NCBI RefSeq assembly: GCF_054903135.1
Contig: NZ_CM142803.1
Direction: 5' to 3' (one strand)
DNA length: 24,000 nt
In this document: one piece after another, positions 17,685 through 24,000 of the stretch
Layout: each line of letters starts with the position of its first letter
Position numbering within the stretch: position 1 is the first letter of the stretch
The notes under the pieces: model-generated
Databases searched by the model: none
The model's input: only the letters and a program-made list of their open reading frames with translations
Told to the model about the DNA's origin: nothing
Made by a program: the position numbers and the translations under genes

Positions 17685-19913
17685 ATGTACACACAGACCC
17701 TGTATGAGTTAAGTCAGGAGGCTGAACGCCTGTTACAGCTTTCTCGCCAACAGTTGCAGTTACTGGAAAAAATGCCTCTCTCTGTACCCGGAGACGACGC
17801 GCCACAACTGGCTTTACCCTGGAGTCAGCCTAATATCGCCGAACGTCACGCGATGCTGAATAATGAGTTGCGTAAAATTTCCCGACTGGAAATGGTGCTG
17901 GCAATTGTCGGTACCATGAAAGCAGGGAAATCAACCACCATTAATGCCATTGTTGGTACGGAGGTTCTGCCTAATCGTAATCGCCCAATGACTGCGCTGC
18001 CGACGCTTATTCGCCATACGCCCGGGCAAAAGGAACCGGTACTGCATTTTTCACATGTCGCGCCAATCGATTGTTTAATTCAACAATTACAACAGCGCCT
18101 GCGTGATTGCGATATTAAGCATCTGACCGATGTGCTGGAAATAGATAAAGATATGCGTGCGCTTATGCAGCGGATCGAAAATGGCGTCGCTTTCGAAAAA
18201 TATTATCTGGGTGCCCAGCCTATTTTTCATTGTCTGAAAAGTTTGAATGATTTAGTGCGACTGGCGAAGGCGCTGGACGTCGATTTTCCTTTTTCTGCTT
18301 ACGCCGCCATTGAGCATATTCCCGTGATTGAAGTGGAGTTTGTCCATCTGGCGGGGCTGGAGAGTTATCCCGGTCAGTTGACGTTACTGGATACCCCCGG
18401 GCCAAATGAAGCCGGGCAACCGCATCTGCAAAAAATGCTTAACCAGCAGCTGGCACGCGCCTCGGCGGTACTGGCGGTGCTGGATTATACGCAACTGAAA
18501 TCGATCTCCGATGAAGAGGTCCGTGAGGCGATTTTGGCGGTGGGGCAATCGGTGCCGCTGTATGTGCTGGTCAATAAGTTCGATCAACAGGATCGTAACA
18601 GTGACGACGCCGACCAGGTGCGGGCACTGATTTCCGGGACGCTGATGAAAGGCTGTATTACGCCACAGCAGATATTTCCGGTGTCGTCGATGTGGGGCTA
18701 CCTGGCGAATCGGGCGCGCCATGAGTTAGCCAACAACGGTAAGTTACCAGCGCCAGAGCAACAACGCTGGGTGGAAGATTTTGCCCATGCCGCGCTCGGC
18801 AGGCGCTGGCGTCATGCCGATCTGGCGGACCTCGAACATATTCGTCATGCTGCCGATCAGTTGTGGGAAGATTCGCTGTTCGCCCAGCCAATTCAGGCGT
18901 TGCTTCATGCCGCTTACGCTAACGCCTCGTTGTATGCTTTGCGATCTGCTGCGCATAAACTGTTGAATTACGCGCAGCAGGCGCGGGAATACCTGGATTT
19001 TCGTGCGCACGGGTTAAACGTCGCTTGTGAACAATTGCGGCAAAATATCCATCAGGTCGAAGAAAGTTTGCAGCTATTGCAACTCAATCAGGCGCAGGTG
19101 AGCGGCGAGGTTAAACATGAAATCGAGCTGGCCCTGACCTCCGCCAACCACTTTCTGCGTCAACAGCAAGATGCGCTGAATGCGCAGTTAGCCGCCTTGT
19201 TTCAGGATGATTCGGAGCCGTTAAGCGAGATTCGTACCTGCTGTGAGACACTGTTACAGACGGCGCAGAACACCATCAGTCGCGACTTTACGCTGCGTTT
19301 TGCCGAGCTTGAATCCACCCTTTGCCGGGTGTTAACCGATGTTATTCGGCCCATTGAGCAACAAGTCAAAATGGAATTGAGCGAGTCAGGGTTTCGTCCT
19401 GGGTTTCATTTTCCTGTTTTTCACGGCGTAGTTCCCCACTTCAACACTCGCCAGCTGTTCAGTGAAGTCATTTCGCGCCAGGAAGCAACGGACGAGCAGA
19501 GCACGCGTTTAGGCGTTGTGCGTGAGACTTTTTCGCGCTGGTTGAATCAGCCCGACTGGGGACGGGGAAATGAGAAATCCCCGACAGAAACGGTTGATTA
19601 CAGTGTGTTGCAACGAGCATTAAGCGCAGAAGTCGATCTCTATTGCCAACAAATGGCTAAAGTTCTGGCAGAGCAGGTCGATGAATCTGTTACGGCAGGC
19701 ATGAATACTTTTTTCGCTGAGTTCGCTTCATGTTTGACGGAATTACAGACGCGTTTACGCGAAAGTCTGGCTCTGCGTCAACAAAATGAATCGGTGGTCA
19801 GGCTGATGCAGCAGCAATTGCAGCAGACTGTGATGACTCACGGCTGGATTTACACCGACGCCCAGCTGTTACGCGATGATATTCAAACACTTTTCACGGC
19901 AGAACGATATTGA
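17685..19913 (+). CDS. crfC: CrfC (YjdA), a bacterial dynamin-like large GTPase
   Basis: 742-aa ORF with the RBS AAGGAAG 8-9 nt upstream. GTPase motifs are G1 GTMKAGKSTT, G3 DTPGPNE and G4 NKFD, followed by a long Q/L/E-rich helical region. Confidence 0.95.
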   Translation: MYTQTLYELSQEAERLLQLSRQQLQLLEKMPLSVPGDDAPQLALPWSQPNIAERHAMLNNELRKISRLEMVLAIVGTMKAGKSTTINAIVGTEVLPNRNRPMTALPTLIRHTPGQKEPVLHFSHVAPIDCLIQQLQQRLRDCDIKHLTDVLEIDKDMRALMQRIENGVAFEKYYLGAQPIFHCLKSLNDLVRLAKALDVDFPFSAYAAIEHIPVIEVEFVHLAGLESYPGQLTLLDTPGPNEAGQPHLQKMLNQQLARASAVLAVLDYTQLKSISDEEVREAILAVGQSVPLYVLVNKFDQQDRNSDDADQVRALISGTLMKGCITPQQIFPVSSMWGYLANRARHELANNGKLPAPEQQRWVEDFAHAALGRRWRHADLADLEHIRHAADQLWEDSLFAQPIQALLHAAYANASLYALRSAAHKLLNYAQQAREYLDFRAHGLNVACEQLRQNIHQVEESLQLLQLNQAQVSGEVKHEIELALTSANHFLRQQQDALNAQLAALFQDDSEPLSEIRTCCETLLQTAQNTISRDFTLRFAELESTLCRVLTDVIRPIEQQVKMELSESGFRPGFHFPVFHGVVPHFNTRQLFSEVISRQEATDEQSTRLGVVRETFSRWLNQPDWGRGNEKSPTETVDYSVLQRALSAEVDLYCQQMAKVLAEQVDESVTAGMNTFFAEFASCLTELQTRLRESLALRQQNESVVRLMQQQLQQTVMTHGWIYTDAQLLRDDIQTLFTAERY

Positions 19914-20788
19914 CCAAGACGTTACTTGACGGCCCCGGTCGCGTGCTGGAGTCGGTTTATCCCCGCTTTTTAGTGGATCTGGCGCAGGGCGATGATGCCC
20001 GCCTTCCACAAGCCCATCAGCAGCAGTTTCGTGAACGACTGATGCAGGAACTTCTTTCGCGTGTGCAGCTTCAGACATGGACGAACGGCGGCATGTTAAA
20101 TGCGCCGCTTAGCCTGCGACTGACAATGGTGGAAAAACTGGCGTCGATGCTGGATCCCGGTCATCTGGCGCTGACGCAGATCGCGCAGCATCTGGCGCTG
20201 CTGCAAAAAATGGATCACCGCCAGCACTCTGCTTTCCCGGAGCTCCCCCAGCAAATTGCCGCCTTGTATGAGTGGTTTTCAGCCCGTTGTCGCTGGAAGG
20301 AAAAGGCGTTAACGCAACGAGGCCTACTGGTGCAGGCAGGTGATCAGAGCGAGCAAATTTTTACCCGCTGGCGTGCTGGGGCGTATAACGCCTGGTCGTT
20401 GCCTGGGCGCTGTTTTATCGTTCTGGAGGAGTTGCGCTGGGGGGCATTTGGCGATGCCTGCCGTCTGGGAAGCCCGCAAGCGGTGGCGTTGTTGCTGGGT
20501 GATTTGCTCGAGAAAGCGACACAACATCTGGCAGAGAGTATCAATGCGGCCCCGATCACGCGTCACTATTACCATCAGTGGTTTGCCTCTTCGACCGTTC
20601 CGACGGGCGGGGATCATGCTGATTTTTTAAGTTGGCTGGGAAAGTGGACCACGGCAGATAAACAACCCGTTTGCTGGTCAGTGACCCAACGTTGGCAAAC
20701 TGTCGCGCTGGGGATGCCACGACTCTGTTCAGCGCAGCGTTTGGTGGGGGCAATGGTCGAGGAAATCTTCTCTGTAAATTTGGCGTAA
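19910..20788 (+). CDS. yjcZ: YjcZ, an uncharacterised 292-aa protein translationally coupled to crfC
   Basis: The ORF starts at a TTG that overlaps the crfC stop (TTGA, 4-nt overlap). The product is soluble, Trp/Leu/Gln-rich, and has no motif I recognise. Confidence 0.85.
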   Translation: MTKTLLDGPGRVLESVYPRFLVDLAQGDDARLPQAHQQQFRERLMQELLSRVQLQTWTNGGMLNAPLSLRLTMVEKLASMLDPGHLALTQIAQHLALLQKMDHRQHSAFPELPQQIAALYEWFSARCRWKEKALTQRGLLVQAGDQSEQIFTRWRAGAYNAWSLPGRCFIVLEELRWGAFGDACRLGSPQAVALLLGDLLEKATQHLAESINAAPITRHYYHQWFASSTVPTGGDHADFLSWLGKWTTADKQPVCWSVTQRWQTVALGMPRLCSAQRLVGAMVEEIFSVNLA

Positions 20789-20827
20789 ATAATCAGTTAC
20801 ATCAATGAGTCCTAAACGAAATTCATG

Positions 20828-20863
20828 TGTGAAGTTGATCACAAATTTAAACACTGGTAGGGT
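20828..20863 (+). promoter_or_regulatory. Perfect CRP site overlapping the candidate proP P1 promoter
   Basis: TGTGA-agttga-TCACA lies at 20828-20843. TTGATC (20835-20840), a 17-nt spacer and TAGGGT (20858-20863) fit a sigma70 promoter. The CRP site would then be centred near -34.5, consistent with the known CRP repression of proP P1. Confidence 0.6.
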
Positions 20864-21051
20864 AAAAAGGTCATTAACTGCCCAATTCAGGCGTCAACTG
20901 GTTTGATTGTACATTCCTTAACCGGAGGGTGTAAGCAAACCCGCTACGCTTGTTACAGAGATTGCATCCTGCAATTCCCGCTCCCCTTTTGCGGCCGTCG
21001 CGCTGATTTTTCTGGCGTTTGCGGAAATGGGCCAACTCTGCGAGGAAAGCT

Positions 21052-22554
21052 ATGCTGAAAAGGAAAAAAGTAAAACCGATTACCCTTCGTGATGTCACCA
21101 TTATTGATGACGGTAAACTGCGTAAAGCCATTACCGCAGCATCACTGGGTAATGCAATGGAATGGTTTGATTTTGGTGTTTATGGTTTTGTTGCTTACGC
21201 ATTAGGTAAAGTTTTTTTCCCGGGGGCTGACCCCAGCGTGCAGATGGTTGCTGCACTTGCCACGTTCTCCGTTCCCTTTCTGATTCGACCGCTTGGCGGA
21301 CTCTTCTTTGGTATGTTGGGCGATAAATATGGTCGCCAGAAGATCCTCGCTATCACTATTGTGATTATGTCGATCAGTACGTTCTGTATTGGCTTAATAC
21401 CGTCCTACGACACGATTGGTATTTGGGCACCGATTCTGCTGTTGATCTGTAAGATGGCACAAGGTTTCTCGGTCGGCGGTGAATATACCGGGGCGTCGAT
21501 ATTTGTTGCGGAATACTCCCCTGACCGTAAACGTGGCTTTATGGGCAGCTGGCTGGACTTCGGTTCTATTGCCGGGTTTGTGCTGGGTGCGGGCGTGGTG
21601 GTGTTAATTTCGACCATTGTCGGCGAAGCGAACTTCCTCGACTGGGGCTGGCGTATTCCGTTCTTTATTGCTCTGCCGTTAGGGATTATCGGGCTTTACC
21701 TGCGCCATGCGCTGGAAGAAACTCCGGCGTTTCAGCAGCATGTTGATAAACTGGAACAGGGCGACCGCGAAGGTTTGCAGGATGGCCCGAAAGTCTCGTT
21801 TAAAGAGATTGCCACTAAATACTGGCGCAGCCTGTTGACATGTATTGGTCTGGTTATTGCCACCAACGTGACTTACTACATGTTGCTGACCTATATGCCG
21901 AGTTATTTGTCGCATAACCTGCATTACTCCGAAGACCACGGGGTGCTGATTATTATCGCCATTATGATCGGTATGCTGTTTGTCCAGCCGGTGATGGGCT
22001 TGCTGAGTGACCGTTTTGGCCGTCGTCCGTTTGTGCTACTTGGTAGTGTTGCCCTGTTTGTGTTGGCGATCCCGGCGTTTATTCTGATTAACAGTAACGT
22101 CATCGGTCTGATTTTTGCCGGGTTACTGATGCTGGCGGTGATCCTTAACTGCTTTACGGGCGTTATGGCTTCTACCTTGCCAGCGATGTTCCCGACGCAT
22201 ATCCGTTACAGCGCGCTGGCGGCGGCATTTAATATTTCGGTGCTGGTTGCCGGTCTGACGCCAACACTGGCGGCCTGGCTGGTCGAAAGCTCGCAGAATC
22301 TGATGATGCCTGCCTATTACCTGATGGTAGTGGCGGTGATTGGTTTAATCACCGGCGTAACCATGAAAGAGACGGCAAATCGTCCGTTGAAAGGTGCGAC
22401 ACCGGCGGCGTCAGATATACAGGAAGCGAAGGAAATTCTCGTCGAGCATTACGATAATATCGAGCAGAAAATCGATAATATTGACCACGAGATTGCCGAT
22501 TTGCAGGCGAAACGTACCCGCCTGGTGCAGCAACATCCGCGAATTGATGAATAA
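21052..22554 (+). CDS. proP: ProP, an osmosensing proline/glycine betaine:H+ symporter (MFS)
   Basis: Starting at the ATG at 21052 gives 500 aa (MLKRKKVKPITLRDVTIIDDGKL...) with 12 hydrophobic segments and a C-terminal coiled coil (EHYDNIEQKIDNIDHEIADLQAKRTRLVQQ). The ORF-track start at 21019 adds 11 codons. Confidence 0.95.
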   Translation: MLKRKKVKPITLRDVTIIDDGKLRKAITAASLGNAMEWFDFGVYGFVAYALGKVFFPGADPSVQMVAALATFSVPFLIRPLGGLFFGMLGDKYGRQKILAITIVIMSISTFCIGLIPSYDTIGIWAPILLLICKMAQGFSVGGEYTGASIFVAEYSPDRKRGFMGSWLDFGSIAGFVLGAGVVVLISTIVGEANFLDWGWRIPFFIALPLGIIGLYLRHALEETPAFQQHVDKLEQGDREGLQDGPKVSFKEIATKYWRSLLTCIGLVIATNVTYYMLLTYMPSYLSHNLHYSEDHGVLIIIAIMIGMLFVQPVMGLLSDRFGRRPFVLLGSVALFVLAIPAFILINSNVIGLIFAGLLMLAVILNCFTGVMASTLPAMFPTHIRYSALAAAFNISVLVAGLTPTLAAWLVESSQNLMMPAYYLMVVAVIGLITGVTMKETANRPLKGATPAASDIQEAKEILVEHYDNIEQKIDNIDHEIADLQAKRTRLVQQHPRIDE

Positions 22555-22566
22555 GCTGAAACGGAT

Positions 22567-22595
22567 GGCCTGATGTGACGCTGTCTTATCAGGCC
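22567..22595. repeat. REP-type palindrome immediately downstream of proP; a likely 3' stabiliser or terminator
   Basis: The sequence is GGCCTGATGTGACGCTGTCTTATCAGGCC. It has an 8-bp terminal stem (GGCCTGAT/ATCAGGCC) and REP-like internal sequence. Confidence 0.8.
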
Positions 22596-22604
22596 AATTG
22601 AACT

Positions 22605-22621
22605 CTTAAGGTTCACTTAAT
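22605..22621 (+). promoter_or_regulatory. PmrA/BasR box upstream of pmrR
   Basis: CTTAAG-gttca-CTTAAT is a direct hexamer repeat with a 5-nt spacer, the YTTAAK-N5-YTTAAK form. A -10-like CATACT at 22632-22637 follows 10 nt later. Confidence 0.7.
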
Positions 22622-22634
22622 CTCTGACGCGCAT

Positions 22635-22662
22635 ACTCTCCTCCAGGTTAACGGAGGAGAGT
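22635..22662 (+). other. Perfect 10-bp hairpin whose right arm contains the pmrR Shine-Dalgarno sequence
   Basis: ACTCTCCTCC (22635-22644) pairs with GGAGGAGAGT (22653-22662) around the loop AGGTTAAC. The pmrR ATG is at 22666. Confidence 0.6.
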
Positions 22663-22665
22663 GCA

Positions 22666-22755
22666 ATGAAAAACCGTGTTTATGAAAGTTTAACTACCGT
22701 GTTCAGCGTGCTGGTGGTCAGCAGCTTTCTTTATATCTGGTTTGCCACGTTCTGA
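22666..22755 (+). CDS. pmrR: PmrR, a 29-aa membrane peptide (PmrA-activated inhibitor of LpxT)
   Basis: Not in the ORF track because it is too short. Hand translation gives ATG...TGA = MKNRVYESLTTVFSVLVVSSFLYIWFATF*, with a single TM helix. It has a strong SD (GGAGGAG) and a PmrA box upstream. It overlaps the 3' end of basS by 25 nt on the opposite strand. Confidence 0.8.
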   Translation: MKNRVYESLTTVFSVLVVSSFLYIWFATF

Positions 22756-23822
22756 TCTTTCTTCAGCCGTACCCAGGCCCGCGTGCCGGAAGTCTCTTGC
22801 CGGTTTTGCAGGAAAAACTGCCCGTGATGCAACTGTGTAATGCGGCTGACAATACTTAACCCCAGACCAATCCCGCCATAACGGCTGTCCATACGTACAA
22901 ACGCTTTACTCAACTCCCCGCATTTACTCTCATCAATACCTGGTCCTTCATCTTCAACTGCCATGACCGCTCCGCCATCTTCTTGCAGCTTAATCATAAT
23001 GTTGCTGCCTTGCGGGCTGTAACGATGGGCGTTTTCTACCAGGTTTCGCAATAACATCCGCAGCAGGGTTGCATCACCCTGAACGGTGATGTCGGCGGCG
23101 CTCTCTGGCAATAGCAGGGTTTGCTGTCGCTGGTCGAGCATGGTACTGAGTTCGTCATACGAGGGGAGAATGACATCTTCCAGCAGTTTTACATGTTGAT
23201 AATTACCGGAAGAAAATGACTGTCCGGCACGCGCCAGTTGCAGCAGCTGGGAGACGCTCTCCATCATCTGATCAAGCCGTGCCACTAACGGTGCTACATC
23301 AATGTGATGCGTTTTCGCCAGCAGTTCCAGATGCAAACGCACCCCCGCCAGTGGCGTTCGCAGTTCGTGCGCGACGTCAGCGGTAAACAACCTTTCGTTA
23401 TCCAGCGTGCTGGTCAGGCGACTGACCAGATCGTTCAACGCCGAAACCACCGCTTCGATTTCGAGGGTGGCGCTGTGAATGGCAATGGGCGTTAAGTTGT
23501 CGGCGGTGCGCGCTTCCAGCTCTTTTTGCAGCTCCGCCAGCGGGCGGGTGATGCGGCGTACCGCCTGATAGCAGATAAATAGCGTCAGGCTGACCATAAA
23601 GACGCCGGGGACAATCAGGCTGGCGACCGCCTCGCGGATCTCACGCATGATGTGGCGATCGTTGTTGCGATTGTCGCGTAGCGCCTGCTCAAACAGCTGA
23701 ATCTGCTCGGTACTTTCATGCCATAGCCAGAAGACGCTGATCAGCTCAAACACCAACAAAATGGCCCCGATGGTCAATATCAGCCGTTGGCGCAGCGATA
23801 TTGGTCGGCGCAGAAAATGCAT
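22731..23822 (-). CDS. basS: BasS (PmrB), a sensor histidine kinase
   Basis: Starting at the ATG at 23822 gives 363 aa (MHFLRRPISLRQRLILTIGAILLVFELISV...). It has two TM segments, an H-box ADVAHELRTPL, and N/G boxes (NLVENAHRYS, DEGPGI, GGIGLGLSIV). The ORF-track start at 23831 is a TTG adding 3 codons. Confidence 0.95.
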   Translation of the reverse strand: MHFLRRPISLRQRLILTIGAILLVFELISVFWLWHESTEQIQLFEQALRDNRNNDRHIMREIREAVASLIVPGVFMVSLTLFICYQAVRRITRPLAELQKELEARTADNLTPIAIHSATLEIEAVVSALNDLVSRLTSTLDNERLFTADVAHELRTPLAGVRLHLELLAKTHHIDVAPLVARLDQMMESVSQLLQLARAGQSFSSGNYQHVKLLEDVILPSYDELSTMLDQRQQTLLLPESAADITVQGDATLLRMLLRNLVENAHRYSPQGSNIMIKLQEDGGAVMAVEDEGPGIDESKCGELSKAFVRMDSRYGGIGLGLSIVSRITQLHHGQFFLQNRQETSGTRAWVRLKKDQNVANQI

Positions 23823-23831
23823 CAGATTCAA

Positions 23832-24000
23832 TTAGTTTTCCTCATTCGCGACCAGCATATAGCCAAAGCCGCGCACGGTGCGGATACGGGCTTTGCCCAC
23901 TTTGCCGCGCAGATTGTGGATATGCACTTCCAGGGTGTTGGTCGAGGGTTCATTGTCCCAGTTATAGATGTCGTTGTAGAGAATTTCCCGATGCACCGGA
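23832..24000 (-). CDS. basR: BasR (PmrA), an OmpR-family response regulator. Only the C-terminal 55 codons are present; the gene continues beyond the window's right edge.
   Basis: Not in the ORF track. Hand translation of the minus strand gives ...[55 protein letters not shown], the winged-helix DNA-binding C-terminus. The stop TAA is at 23834-23832. Confidence 0.9.
   Translation of the reverse strand, partial: PVHREILYNDIYNWDNEPSTNTLEVHIHNLRGKVGKARIRTVRGFGYMLVANEEN

Noticed and set aside
20874-21131. An 85-aa minus-strand ORF in the proP promoter and 5' region
   Set aside because: It overlaps the proP regulatory region and the start of proP on the opposite strand. It has no RBS and no recognisable features.

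Overview
This window reads as a conserved Escherichia coli chromosomal segment, the K-12 92-93 min neighbourhood, recognised from the translated proteins and from memory of K-12 gene order rather than from any search. The gene order is mdtO' (5' part, cut by the window edge), mdtN, ytcA, yjcS, a decayed rpiB remnant, yjdP, the complete 14-gene C-P lyase operon phnCDEFGHIJKLMNOP on the minus strand, yjdN (phnB), yjdM (phnA), crfC (yjdA), yjcZ, proP, pmrR, basS and basR' (3' end only). I found no rRNA, tRNA, CRISPR array, IS element, transposase, integrase or prophage gene. Non-coding features I can support are three REP/BIME loci, three copies of a GC-rich CCCTCTCCC/GGGAGAGGG hairpin repeat, the phnC Pho box, a perfect CRP site over proP P1, a PmrA/BasR box upstream of pmrR, and a few hairpins. 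Several ORF-track starts are too long, and I re-set them using RBS position, ATGA-type overlaps and remembered protein lengths. The 488-aa ORF at 8314-9780 is an artefactual 5' extension of phnL. I do not see a convincing previously undescribed multi-gene system here; this is mostly ordinary core genome. The points most worth a second look are: (1) the translationally coupled dynamin-like pair crfC-yjcZ behind a roughly 400-bp, very AT-rich upstream region, where yjcZ has no recognisable domain; (2) the apparent absence of the als/rpiR allose locus, with an internally deleted rpiB remnant at the junction; (3) the phnE slipped-strand 8-bp repeat in its in-frame (ON) state; (4) the pmrR promoter and hairpin architecture, plus the pmrR antisense overlap with basS; (5) the secreted heptad-repeat protein YjdP.
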